Shown: piece after piece, positions 1-12,155 of the stretch | Position numbering within the stretch: the first letter of the stretch is position 1 | Layout: every line of letters begins with the position of its first letter | Assembly: GCF_006345805.1 (NCBI RefSeq) | Contig: NC_042998.1 | Location: 185,752,001-185,816,000, forward strand | Direction of reading: 5' to 3' | Length of the DNA stretch: 64,000 nucleotides | Source of the DNA: Octopus sinensis | Lineage: Eukaryota | The notes under the pieces: model-generated | Seen by the model: the letters and a program-made list of their open reading frames with translations, nothing else | The model's database searches: none | Told to the model about the DNA's origin: nothing | Made by a program: the position numbers and the translations under genes

Positions 1-281
1 ATTAGAAACAGCTGTTAGTTTTGTTATGTCCTGCATTGTATCAATAAACAAGCTTTAAAATGTGGTCCAATCGATGTGCTGGTTAATCTGTTTTTCTCCA
101 TTTTCTAATTATTTGCATTGGTTCCTAATAGACTTTTGTTTATCCTATCCTATTGTTACCTGCGCTCGATGTATATGGTGTCCCTGCACACCCTTGCCCG
201 GGTATAACACAGGTAACGGATACTGATAGTATATACGCATATTTTATCCATTAGTCGGTTACAACTACTAACTCTCTCCCC

Positions 282-324
<43 letters not shown>

Positions 325-1591
325 CGAGGGGCGTTCAATAAGTAATGCCCCTGACCCACTTCCCATAGCAGTAGAGCAACGAAACTTGGGCACAGTTATT
401 AGTCTTTTTCTACATAGGAACCACCCAGAGTTACGCATTTCTCCCACCGTTGATGCCAGCTCTGGAGACCGTTTTTTTAGGAGACCCCAGCTTGGGTCTT
501 CCAACCTGAACGTGACTTCAGAAATCAAGGCTGCATCATCTGGGAAACGCTTTCCTTTCAAAAACAACTTCATGACTGGGAAGAGGTGAAAATCAGAGGG
601 TGCAGGTCAGGAAAGTAGGGGATGGGGGAGGAGTTCATAGCCATACGCCTGTGCTTCTGATCTGGCGACAAGCGAGTTGTGGACGGAGCGTTGTCCTGGC
701 AGGAGGAGGATGTCTTTGCTGATCTTGCCCCGCTCTTGATTTGATAACTTCTCTTAATTTCCTCATAGTGAAGCATAATAGGCTCCTGCAATTGTGGTAC
801 CCTTTGCCAGGAAATCTGTCATCACTACTCCGTCCTGGTCCCAGAAGACTGTGAGCATGACCTTGCCAGCGGAGGGCTGCACCCTGCCTTCTTGGGGGGG
901 TGAGTCAGGTGCTTCCACTGCATTGACTGGGATTTGGTCTCTGGATCATCGTGATGGACCCAGGTTCATCCGTGTAATCAGTCTTTTGATAATTTTGACT
1001 CATCTTCTTGGCACAGCTCCAAATTCACCCTCAAGCACTCGACGCGTTCTTGCTTCTGGAAAGGCGTGAGCAACCTGGAAATCCATCTGGCAGACACCTT
1101 TTGCATATGCAAATGGTCATGAATGATAGTTTCCACAGACCCGGTACTAATCTGACCTCATGGGCTATTTGGCGAATAATTATGCGTCGTCTTCCAAAAT
1201 GGCAGCCTCAACTTGACGGACAGATGCCTCATCAATGGCAGAAGGGGCGACCAGATCTGGGAGCTGTTTCCACAGAGTCCGACCATGTTTGAATTCACGA
1301 TGCCAGCGTTTTACAAGGTCATAATGATGGGGCATCATTACCATAAGTTACTTTCATTTCATCAAAGTCTCCCGTGGGTGTGCGCCCTTTCAAATACAAA
1401 AAACCGGATCACTGCTCGACATTCAACAGGCTCCATTTCACACTGACTCGGTTCAAACACCTGTATCAGAAACCACAATTCAGAGCTGTATTTGCCACTT
1501 ACTCTATAAGAATAAATGATTGCACATGCAAAATTCAGCTAGATCAAACAACTGCAATGGGTCAGAGGCATTACTTATTGAACGTCCCTCG
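325..1591 (-). mobile_element. Full-length degenerate mariner DNA transposon (irritans/Hsmar2-like TIRs), frameshifted transposase
   Basis: 34-bp TIRs at 325-358 (CGAGGGGCGTTCAATAAGTAATGCCCCTGACCCA) and 1558-1591 differ at 2 positions; TA on both sides; 1267 bp. Minus-strand fragments QDNAP, PYFPDL(H)P.DF (1-nt frameshift in the YSPDLAPSDF motif), GKVMLTVFWDQDGV and KLFLKGKRFPDD. Confidence 0.92.
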
Positions 1592-1873
1592 TATATAATA
1601 TATATATAGTAGAAATCTGTTACAAAAAGAAAATATAAAATACACGTTGAAATGTAAGGGGAAAATAAGAAAAATCAACGAAATGCACATTGTAAATAAA
1701 AAAAAAGGCTTTTTATGAAAGGTAACGACAGATATATACATTTAGAAAGACTGAGGGTAGTAATAAAAGTCATAAAAGTCATATTATGAGATGATTAAAA
1801 AGTCAGAAACAAAGCATACCATGGTTTCGTCAAAGCTATTCATTGCTTTGAATAAACACACACACACACACAC

Positions 1874-1927
<54 letters not shown>

Positions 1928-1964
1928 TATATATATATGTATGTATATATAATATATAAGAAAA

Positions 1965-2210
1965 AAGGTTTGAAAATGCAATTTAAACGATGTTTATTTA
2001 CTTAACCGGTTTCACTCTTTGGTAAAAGATTGTCAAAAGTTACATTTAAGGAAAACATTGAATAATATGGGTTCAAAAAAAGTTTTTTTACATAATTGTC
2101 ACATTGAATATTATGCATTCAAAAAAGTTTTTACATAATTGTCACATTGGATATTATGAATTCAAAAAGGTTTTTTATACTTAATTTTTGTCACATTACA
2201 GTATAAATAT
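1965..2210 (-). repeat. Penelope-like terminal repeat remnant with degenerate hammerhead-like motif and about 3 tandem ~43-nt units
   Basis: Minus 2040-2000 reads ACTT-TTGACAA-TCTTTTACCAAAGAGT-GAAACCGGT-T-AAGT; tandem units (ttgtcacattgaatattatg.attcaaaaaag) at about 2055-2195. Confidence 0.4.
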
Positions 2211-2599
2211 AGTGTTGGGTAACAGAGAAGTTCAATAGTGTGATGAGAATATTTGGAAAATTTGGCAGAAAAGGATAAAACAAATAATTATTGGGAATTG
2301 GTTGCGTAATTATTGGTTGTCGCAAATTGTCACATACATGTATATATATACAATCTTCGGTATATATATAAGCCTTTTGACAGCAAAAATTAAAATGGAT
2401 TTTTTATACATCTCAGAATATTTAAGTACAAGGCGAGAATATGTTTTTACTGACCTGTTGGTATTAGCAGAAAGGCTGAACTGAGAGAACAGGAAGTAGC
2501 CAATGTGGTGTATATTCCCCTTTATGCATGAATGATTTTGGGGTTATCAGGAGGTAGTATGTGGGTGTAATAGATGTGTCCGTGCCCGCTGGTCAGATA

Positions 2600-2616
2600 G
2601 CGTCTGTTTGTCACAC

Positions 2617-2655
<39 letters not shown>

Positions 2656-3617
2656 ACACACACACACACACACACACAGTAAACAAACACACACCACATA
2701 CAAACAAAACACACACAGAACACACACACCCACACACAACGCACCCCACATATATCACATATACACACAGCACACAAATAAATATGTATCTAACTAACAT
2801 ACACAGATCTATAACACACATCACACACACAACACACACTACACACACCACACACACACACAAACCACACGACACATACATACATAATATAAATATCACA
2901 CAAATACACCTAGCATATATATACACACATACAATACACACATACAGCATGTAAGTAATATACATACACAATATATGCATGCAATATACATACGCAGTAC
3001 ATACATATAATATTATATATAGACAATGCATATACATATATACACATATACATATAAATAGTGTTTACATACACATACATAGATGTACCACATATACACA
3101 CAATACACATACATACAACGCATACACATACACGTACGCATACATATAATATATATATACACACACACACACATAACATACATACACAATGTATACATAT
3201 ATATACACGCAATGCACATACATGTTTCATGCATATATAGCACACCTACAATATACATATATACACTGCCACATAACACACATATATACCACTTAATTGT
3301 ACACATACATATACAATACACATACATACAATATACATATACACAATGCGCATGCAAATAATGTACATGTTTATACACACATAAACAAGCAAATAAATAA
3401 TACACACACACAACATACACACACACACACAACATTCACACACATACATCACCTACATATATATAATGCATGCGTGTGCATGCCACGTATGTGTGCGTCA
3501 ATGCCCGCTATTATATATATATATATATTATATATATATATATATTATATAATATTATATATATATCATATATATATACATATATATATACATATATAAT
3601 ATATATATATATTATAT

Positions 3618-3689
<72 letters not shown>

Positions 3690-3690
3690 C
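2600..3690. repeat. Compound (CA)n/(TA)n/(CATA)n low-complexity tract
   Basis: Direct inspection; explains the CVCV/HTHT ORFs here. Confidence 0.95.
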
Positions 3691-3691
3691 A

Positions 3692-4400
3692 TTGACGTCA
3701 TCAAACACAGCAATTAGAATTTTTGCGGACGACCCTAAGCTTCTGAAGGTCGTCGACCGGGTAGAAGACCGGATAAATCTCCAATTACGTCTATTCGCCG
3801 TTATCCAGTGGTTAGAAAAGCACAGCATGCAGCTAATCGAGAATAACTTTGAATCAATCCACTTCGGTAAAGAAGCTGCACTTAAAGCTACCATCATCTT
3901 TTCCCTTGGACGAAAACCTTGTGGCATCAAATATTACTAGGAACCCCGGAGTAACTGTTGACAACAGCTTAAGCTAGAGAGCTCAGATAAACAACAAAGT
4001 AGACATGACCCGCAAAGGGTGCTCCTGGATCTTCAGGACTTTTCCAGTCTAGAGATGCTTTTAACATTACCCTTCTATTCTTTACCTTCGCCTGTGGTAT
4101 CTCTGTACGAAACAAAACATCATAAAAATTAAAGTACCCCAGAGATCAATGAAAAAAAGAAAGACATGACAGGTCTTGATTATTGGGATCGGTTCGAGAA
4201 GGTCAAACTTGATTCCCTCCAACGCCGTCGTGATCGCCATATCATTTGTATGACGGGGAAAATATTTTAACAGCACTGTCCAAATGATATTGGCATCAAT
4301 TTTAAATTTTACCAAAGGCTTGGTCCCCGCGCAATCCGTCTTCTACAAAATACCATGCACTCTTAGTGTTGTGATGTAACATCACAACAGTAAGACAGAA
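3692..4400 (+). mobile_element. CR1/L2-type LINE reverse-transcriptase C-terminal fragment (degenerate)
   Basis: IRIFADDPKLLK (FADD motif), LQLRLFAVIQW, HFGK; further frameshifted pieces including YWDRFEKVKLDSLQRRRDR. Confidence 0.8.
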
Positions 4401-4613
4401 CTATTTCACCTCAACTCTCTCTGCTCTCTTTAACATCATGCCAAGGTATATAGGGCAAGTAAAAAAGCTCATGAATTTCAAATGGTTCCTGGATGAAAAC
4501 TTCCAATAAATTTCAAATAAACCACCTGCATCCGGATATATTGCTGCAAACAATACTCGAATAGGCTGTGGTACTCAAAAACTGTAATAGGAACACACTC
4601 ACACACACACACA

Positions 4614-4686
<73 letters not shown>

Positions 4687-4787
4687 TTAATCCAAACATG
4701 AAAACACAAAGAGAAAACATAACACCGCGAGGACGTGGAACAAGTATAGTGTTACTGGACGCTCAGGAAAGGAAAGAAAGAAGGAGG

Positions 4788-4822
4788 ATTTAACGTTTCG
4801 AGCAGAGCTCTTCGTCAGAAAC
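4788..4822 (-). ncRNA. Minimal type I hammerhead ribozyme motif in a Penelope-like repeat (family 1)
   Basis: Minus reads GTTT-CTGACGA-A-GAGC-TCT-GCTC-GAA-ACGT-T-AAAT: core CUGAnGA/GAAA, 4-bp stem II, palindromic ACGU stem III, GUU triplet, stem I GUUU/AAAU. Confidence 0.55.
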
Positions 4823-5026
4823 ATAGAAAGGGGAAAGATCCAAGGAAGGGAAGACGGAGGAAAAAAATCGCCAACGATACACACGCGGTCGCATACACAC
4901 ACAGGCACAAACACACGTGTGTGTATTGTTATATTTGAGGATGGTCATATTTTTGCCAATTGACCACATGCACTATATATTTGGTCTTCACTTTAACTTT
5001 ATTATTGTTATTATTGTTTTAGTGTC

Positions 5027-5069
5027 GTCTGAAATCTTTCGTCACACCCCCTGTGACCTCTTCAGCGAC
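5027..5069 (-). ncRNA. Minimal hammerhead ribozyme motif (family 2, copy A)
   Basis: Minus reads GTCG-CTGAAGA-G-GTCACA-GGGGG-TGTGAC-GAA-AGATTT-C-AGAC; perfect 6-bp stem II; downstream of a same-strand Penelope-like endonuclease fragment. Confidence 0.5.
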
Positions 5070-5183
5070 TCTCCATCCCACGTCTCTCCTCTTGTTCTCT
5101 TTAGTCCATTGTGTCTTTCTGTGGTATTTATCCTTATCTGCACATGTGTTTGCTTCAATATCTGTGTGTGTGTGTCCGTGTGT

Positions 5184-5256
<73 letters not shown>

Positions 5257-5499
5257 TGTGTGTGTATGTGTGTGTGTGTGTGTATGTGTGTTTTGTATGT
5301 GCGTTGTGTGTGTGTATATGGGTTTGCTTACTATACTGCTTGTACCCATGTTTTTTATTTAGTTACTTTTTACTCGTTTATTCATTCATTCATTTATTTT
5401 TTTCCGTTCCGTCTTTAGTACGTGTATGTACATATGGGTTTATATGTTATACAAATATATTATATTCGTATCAATATCTTTTTTTCTTTTTTCACTCAG

Positions 5500-5720
5500 T
5501 CTTTAGTCGTCAGGTTGCATAGTGCGGTGGCATGGAGGAGTGTTATTATTCCATTTATGTTTTCTGTTTGGGCTCGGTCTGTCTATTACTGTGTGTGGCG
5601 TCTGTAATCTGTCTAAGCTTGATGTCTGTTTTATGTGTGGACAATGTCTTAACATCTACGTTGTTAACCGAGCCTCCGCACTGACGAGCTTTTCTCCTCC
5701 TTGAGCTCCCGCCAGTGTCA
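5500..5720 (-). mobile_element. Penelope-like element GIY-YIG C-terminal fragment
   Basis: Minus frame ...VDVKTLSTHKTDIKLRQITDATHSNRQTEP resembles the K.R.I.EAI.I....P.LN end of PLE endonucleases. Confidence 0.45.
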
Positions 5721-6239
5721 CCTATGCTACGCATTCTTTCCTCAATACATGTTTTTGTCCTGTATCCACACGCTCCTTCAGTTCACTGTATATTATAGAC
5801 TACATTCCTAATCTTAGCCGTGGGTTCATTCTACGTACTATACATATCTATCCGTACATGGGAGCCTTTCAAATGAATTTGTTCTACAGCTCAGGGATTT
5901 CTACCCCTTTCTACCCCTTTAATCCGTAGATTCATCGGATCTTTTCTGTTTGATGGACGGAATTTTCTAGTTAACTAAATAATTTATACTGGTAGAATGT
6001 ATCAAAAGAAAACATTGTTGTAAACAAAATTGTAATTTGTAAGTTTAACGTAGTTTAATTCTTCGAATTTTAACCAATGAAATCCCAGCATTTGAGCTCA
6101 ATTCATTTTCTGCGTCTAAGTAAACAGCACACACACACACACACGCACACGTGTTATTCATCCTTTGTCTTCTGTCTTCTGTCTTCTGCATGTGCTAGAA
6201 ATAACAGCTCCGTAGATTCATCTTATCTAAGGTTTTCCT

Positions 6240-6900
6240 AAAACGATATACTAATTCGCCACCAGGGGTAGTATTAATGAACGTGATACTCTAGTATTTT
6301 TGGTTGTCATACCATAAGTTGGCCTTGGTCTTTTTTATGCTCTTCCAGAATTTACTCCTGTATAGCGGGCAGATCCCATTTGCATTTTAGTGAAGAGGCC
6401 TTTACTTAGCCCAAGCTACTTTGTACACTCTGATCTAGTCTCTTTGGCTGTAGTCAGAGAACTGCATGCGGTGAATGAAGTGTTGTATGTGTCTCTAATT
6501 CCGGACACATTTCTCATCACCCTTGCCAAGTCCGCTATTAGGATATTGAAAGTGATGTTGTACGCAATACCTACGGTCTTGTGGCTCAGGTATTTAGAGG
6601 CCATGGGTTTGACATAGTGCGAATAAAACAGCTAGACTTTATTATTCCTAGTTTCCAGCTAGAGTTCTGTGTCTAAGACCGATTGTCTATATCTAAGGTG
6701 CTGGCTAGAGTAGTCTATTGTTACTTTAAAACTCTAGTGGATGAAGTTAGTTATTTGTTGGGTGCTCTTTATGGTGCTAGCTTCGAACTCATAGACACTG
6801 TTTTGTAGGGGTGCTTTTGCCATTATGTTATCATCCACATAGTGGGAGTATATAGTTAGGATTATGAAGCTCTCTGTTAATCGTTCTTTGAGTCTCCTAT
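6240..6900 (-). mobile_element. Penelope-like reverse-transcriptase fragment
   Basis: IYSHYVDD (YxDD) followed by KVTIDYS..VLD and KPMASKYL...NILIADLARVMRNVS thumb-like segment; broken by frameshifts and a (CA)n tract. Confidence 0.6.
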
Positions 6901-6915
6901 CCCACCATACCATGG

Positions 6916-6962
<47 letters not shown>

Positions 6963-8396
6963 ACACACACACAAACACACATACACACATACACACACAC
7001 ATATACTTTATTAAAAAGTAGCAGAAATATCACAAAAACTGTTACTTAACGCAAAAAGCGTTAAGTAAGCACCGCATTCCAATTTCCTTCACTTTTCAAT
7101 GAAGAGCAGATGAGCAATTATCTTTGATACAGACACAACACAGGCTACGCTTTCAGGTTTTTGGATAATGTTTTCAGGAATAATCCTATAGGTTTACTAT
7201 TAATTCCGTGAAGTATTCACGGCTCCCGCTAGTGTAAACTTTACTTTGTGAATTGAGTAATTCTTCGTTTGTAAATACAAGCATTCACTACATATACAGT
7301 GAAATGGGCTGTATCCCGACTCTTTATTTAATAAGAATTATAAATCAGTTATTAGAATCAAATATCCAGATATTGCTATCAAAATTTTTAAGTAAACCAT
7401 TAAATAACTATGATTATTAAAATGAAAGCTCTCTTACTCTTTACTCTTTTACTTGTTTCAGTCATTTGACTGCGGCCATGCTGGAGCACCGCCTTTAGTC
7501 GAGCAAATCGACCCCGGGACTTATTCTTTGTAAGCCCAGTACTTATTCTATTGGTCTCTTTTGCCGAACCGCTAAGTTACGGGGACGTAAACACACCAGC
7601 ATCGGTTGTCAAGCAATGCTAGGGGGACACACAAACACACACACACATACATATATATATATACATATATACGACAGGCTGCGGATATTGTTATTAAAAT
7701 TTTCAAGCAAACTGCTACATAACTATTTTTGTCCTCTTTCTTTCCTTTTACGATCCCTTTTGATCGAAAACCAACCCCCTTTTTTTTACCCCCAAAAGAA
7801 AAGCTCTACCTTGTAATTCGTTCTGTCTGTGTGCAGCCCTGTGTGGCTAATAAAGAAACATATTATAATAAAAATAGATAAAAAGACACGAAAGGTGTAT
7901 GGCGATGACGGTAGAAGGCAGTTGTGGTGATGATGGTGGAAAAGATATTTGTGTGTTAATTTGTCGGTGTAGTAAGCACTATTGGTGTATTTGAGCAAGA
8001 CTTTCAATCCCATCGAGCTCAATTTTGCCTTTCATGTTGTCGTAGTCGACAGCATGGAGTACCAGTGTAAAACTGGAGGTGATGTAATCGGTAATCCCCC
8101 TCCTCTCAAAAGTGCTACCTTGTGCCTAAATTAGAAACACTTATTTATAGCTACATATGCATTCGAGCTACTTCAAAAAAGAGATTTATTTTCATATTTC
8201 TAAATTACTTTTTAAATATAAAGAAACGTCCTTTCAGGCTTGTATGATTAAAGCTTCCAATTTCAGGGGCTAAAAGTTGGAGGATCACTTTGGTGTAATA
8301 GTATCACGATTGTTTAGGATACGAAGAGATAATTGGTTAACTCCCTTAGATGACCAGCGGACTTTTATTACGTCTAAGTTTTTTTTTTATTAGTAA

Positions 8397-8779
8397 ACTA
8401 GTAGTATAGCCCGGCATTGCTCGGTTTTGTTTTCTTTTCGACCCTTTAGAATTGTAATTATTGAAAAGTATGTAGCTTGTTATTCTCTTTAAGTGAACAT
8501 TTTTCTGGTCGAAATACACCAAAAAATGGCGACACAGCACTGAAAAAATCGTTAAAAATAAGGATTTTCATAGAAAAAAGCACCTTTTTGATGTAAATAA
8601 TTTTTGGTGCTAACATGTTCCGATTTGTATTTTTTCTTCTACGGAATGAAGAGCAAGCCTTCTTCTATCATACTTTCAATTTTGGTCAACTTGCGCCACA
8701 GGGTCTCGGAGGAGATAGTGTTAGCTGAAGGCTGCCAAACCTGCCACACACAGACAACTTCAGTTTTATATAAAAAGAT
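8397..8779 (-). mobile_element. Non-autonomous Helitron-type element
   Basis: Minus 5' ATCTTTTTATATAAAA and 3' hairpin (CCGAGCAATGCCGGG) followed by CTAGT. Confidence 0.7.
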
Positions 8780-9324
8780 TGAGAGATGTTATTCATATTT
8801 GTATCCGAGAAACTTCACAAAATAGACCCATCTACTCACAAGGAAAACACAGGCGTGCGCGCACACATACACATACAATTATGTATACGTTGTTTATCTA
8901 TTTATATTACCGATGGTACATATTCTATAAATGCACGAAGACCAGGATATAGTTCGTGACAAATTATAAATTATATCTTAGTTTTGGTGCCTTTACAAAG
9001 AAGACATAATCGTTTACAAAAACATAATTGTGTGGAAGACATCAAATATAAGTAATATATTGTTGCGAATACTTACCATCAATCTGGTATTAATTTATTG
9101 AATTCTACTTATAAAATATATACGGAGAAAATCTACTTTAATCTACGGAGCCGAAGAGGGACATTTTAGGTGCTTGAAATAGCAGCCATATCACCTTTAT
9201 ATCACATTTTACTGTCTCGTTAAACAAAGGACACATCATACATAATTGTCCTATATACTCTTGATGGCTTCTGACTGAAATGCCATTGATCATAGATCTT
9301 CTCGATCATGTTTGACCAAGAATT

Positions 9325-10116
9325 AACAAAACAGCACAGCTCCCATGACTTTCGGAAACATTTTTTCACGCTAAGAGTTGCTGAAGTATGGAACAAACTG
9401 CCGGCATCAGTTGTTAGTTGTCGGAGCACTGCTTCCTTCAAAATTTCTATGCTTCCTAAGATTCACCAACACTACACTTGATTTTCTCCCCTCCATACAC
9501 GCGCAAGCATGTATCTGACTCTAGCTATGGTAAGACCTCACCTGGAATTTGCATCACCGGTCTGGAACCCCTATCTTGCCCAGGATATCAATCGTCTGGA
9601 AGCTGTTCAGCGACGTGCAACCAAGAGAATACCCTCCATCAAGCATTTGCCATATCCTGAACGCCTTACTTCCCTGGGCATGGACACATTGAAACTCCGA
9701 CGTCTGGCAGCTGACTTGGCAGACACCCATGAAAGAAATTATCAACCATCGTACAAACAATAACTCTGAGCACCTTTTCAAACTCCACCCATCTAACACC
9801 CGTGGACATATTTACTAAATCAGAAAACAGCACAGCTCCCATGACCTCAGGAAACATTTTTTCACGCTGAGAGTTGCTGAAGTATGGAACAAACTGCCGG
9901 CATCGGTTGTTAGTTGTCGGAGCACTGCATCCTTCGAAACTTCCATGCTTCCTGAGATTCGCCAACACTACACCTTATTTTTGTCCCCTCCATACACACA
10001 CAAGCATGTATATGACTCATACACTGTTCACTTTCCAGGCATTCGTACATTACTGCATATGTTTTATACGCACTTTTGACAAGTTGCGGTGCACCTGAGC
10101 ACTGTATACAATAATT

Positions 10117-10170
<54 letters not shown>
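9325..10170 (+). mobile_element. CR1/L2-type LINE 3' end with (ATT)n tail; 3' segment tandemly duplicated
   Basis: VRPHLEFASPVWNPY...LEAVQRRATKRIP...ERL..LG...L..RR and NTRGH...RKHFFTLRVAEVWNKLP motifs; (ATT)n at about 10117-10170; 9325-9510 repeats the 3' part. Confidence 0.88.
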
Positions 10171-10174
<4 letters not shown>

Positions 10175-10523
10175 AAAGTAATAGCAACAAAGGCGCCTCT
10201 AATTCGTTGCTCGACCTAGTAGAAAAAGCAACCTTATCTTCCTCAAATCACATCCCACTATCTTAAAAAATAGCACAATATATAATGTAGTCCTAGACAC
10301 ACAATAGATAGGATCGTCTTCGCTGAAATACTTTTAATCGTAGATCTGTTCCCTCAGGACTGACCCCGGGCTTAAACAACTTAAATTAGAGATTATCTCC
10401 CTTGTTTCATTTAAAGGTGTTCATTTTTGTGACTTTACGATGTAAGGGAGATTATAACGAAAAGAAAAAAATGTTTCGTGAACGGACAAAAAAAATGAAA
10501 AAAAAGAATAATAATCCTTTCTT

Positions 10524-10935
10524 ATTTCTTCACTGCCCACAAGGAGCTAAACACAGAGGGGACAAACAAGGACAGACAAAGAGATTAAGTCGATTACATT
10601 GACTCCAGTGCGTAACTGGTACTTAATTTATCGACTCCGAAAGGATGAAAGGCAAAGTCGACCCCGGCGGAAATTGAACTCAGAAAGTAACGGCAGACGA
10701 AATACCTATTTCTTTACTACCCACAAGGAGCTAAACACAGGGAGGACAAACAAGGACAGACAAACGGATTAAGTCGATTATATCGACCCCAGTAATTGGT
10801 ACTTATTTAATCAACCCTGAAAGGATGAAAGGCAAAGTCGACCTCGGCGGAATTTGAACTCAAAACGTTGCAGCAGAGGAAGTACCGCTAAGCATTTCGC
10901 CCGGTGTGCTAACGATTCTGCCAGCTCGCCGCCTT
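10524..10935 (-). mobile_element. tRNA-derived SINE family B (head AAGGCGGCGAGCTGGCAG), tandem dimer
   Basis: Two units of the same ~230-bp repeat with B-box-like GAGTT(C/T)AA(A/T)TT; same family at 18210-18430, 30116-30775, 35226-35460, 43099-43570, 44590-45240, 50896-51125 and 54010-54242. Confidence 0.85.
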
Positions 10936-11159
10936 GACAACTGCCATTAATACGATCACAAGCTGGATACAACAATCGCAGCAATAATCATGCAAGTCTT
11001 AACAAGTCTTAACAACTAAAATTATGACTACTACAGAGTCAAGAAGGCCCCCACAACAACCACAGCGACAGCATTAAGGGGGCGAAACAATGCCTCAATG
11101 ATAAATAGGAATGGGTGATTGACGGCGTTTGAAGTTTCACCTGTGAATTTGACGGATAT

Positions 11160-11390
11160 GCAAGGTTGATGATGTTTATGAAGGTTTTCCGAAGCACATG
11201 TGATGTTGTTTTTCACTGTAAAACGTTGACCCTGTGTGAAGGAGAATTCTAATCTCTCAATTAGGTTGACACATATATCACAGTTAAATCTTCCGCATTT
11301 TTTACTGTCTGTTCCAATGTTGTTGACGAGTGTAGTTGGGCCTGTGTTATAAAACTTTTCATTGACTTGGGTTGTCTTTTATTCTTTATG
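11160..11390 (-). mobile_element. Penelope-like Cys-rich linker/GIY-YIG fragment
   Basis: Minus KKCGRFNCDICVNL...FSFTQGQRFTVKNNITCASENL matches the CG..RC..C...F...F.i...C.S.N linker. Confidence 0.6.
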
Positions 11391-11394
11391 ATGT

Positions 11395-11798
11395 ACTAGC
11401 AGTATCGCCCGGCGTTGCTCGGGTTTGTAAGGGAAATAACTATATAAGCATTTTTAGAGAGTTATAACCAAAAAATAGCAAAAAAATGCATTAAAAATGG
11501 AAAAAAAATGATGGTAAATTTTTTTTTAAATCGTTGACTCATCGTAGACATTTTTAGAGAGTTACTTCCCTTATATAATAGCGAAAAAATGCATTAAAAT
11601 GGAAAAAAATTATGGTAAATTTTTTTTCAAATCGTAAACTCATCGTAGACGCGCGCTAATACCCAGAAGGGCTCGATATGAATCACGACTATAAGATACC
11701 CGAATTTGGTTAAACTGCACCGCAAAATGTGGGAGGAGTTAGGAATCTAAATCGAAGGGGACAGACACTCACACAACTAGAGTTTTATATATATAGAT
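11395..11798 (-). mobile_element. Non-autonomous Helitron-type element
   Basis: Minus 5' ATCTATATATATAAAA and 3' CCCGAGCAACGCCGGG hairpin + CTAGT; closely similar to the copy at 62983-63380. Confidence 0.75.
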
Positions 11799-11809
11799 AT
11801 CCCTTGCGT

Positions 11810-12155
11810 TTCTTACATCCACTACATTCTAGAATGAATATCCCTTACAACCTAGTAAAGAGAATTTGTACTATAGCATCTGATACAAGCACCAGGGACA
11901 CATGAGCTAAAGGATACACTCATCGGCAGGAACTACCCACCTTCACTAAATGATATAGGCTTTCAACGTGCCCTACAACTCAACATCCACGAGCTCAAAC
12001 ACCTCAAACTAAAGAAGGATTTACAACCAAACGCCCTACCATACATATCCACACATAGCCCCCTAAACAATGAGACCTTCAACATCATCCTCCAGAACAT
12101 CCCTTTACTAAAAAGTGACCATAGAATGGATCAAGTGCTCAAAATGTACACCATC
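11810..12155 (+). mobile_element. Penelope-like RT thumb/linker fragment
   Basis: NIPYNLVKRICTI...GRNYPP...LPYISTHSPLN...NIPLL. Confidence 0.7.

Noticed and set aside
156-212. Opposed splice-donor motifs (gttacctg...caggtaac) in a CpG-rich patch
   Set aside because: No acceptor, ORF or second exon within the window.
2522-3599. Long Cys/Val/Tyr- or His/Thr-rich ORFs (also 5053-5522 and 39616-41031)
   Set aside because: Translations of (CA)n, (TA)n and (TATG)n microsatellites; stop-free only because of repeat composition.
7042-7068. Perfect 11-bp hairpin TTACTTAACGC-AAAAA-GCGTTAAGTAA
   Set aside because: Short and isolated, probably a transposon remnant; no supporting context.
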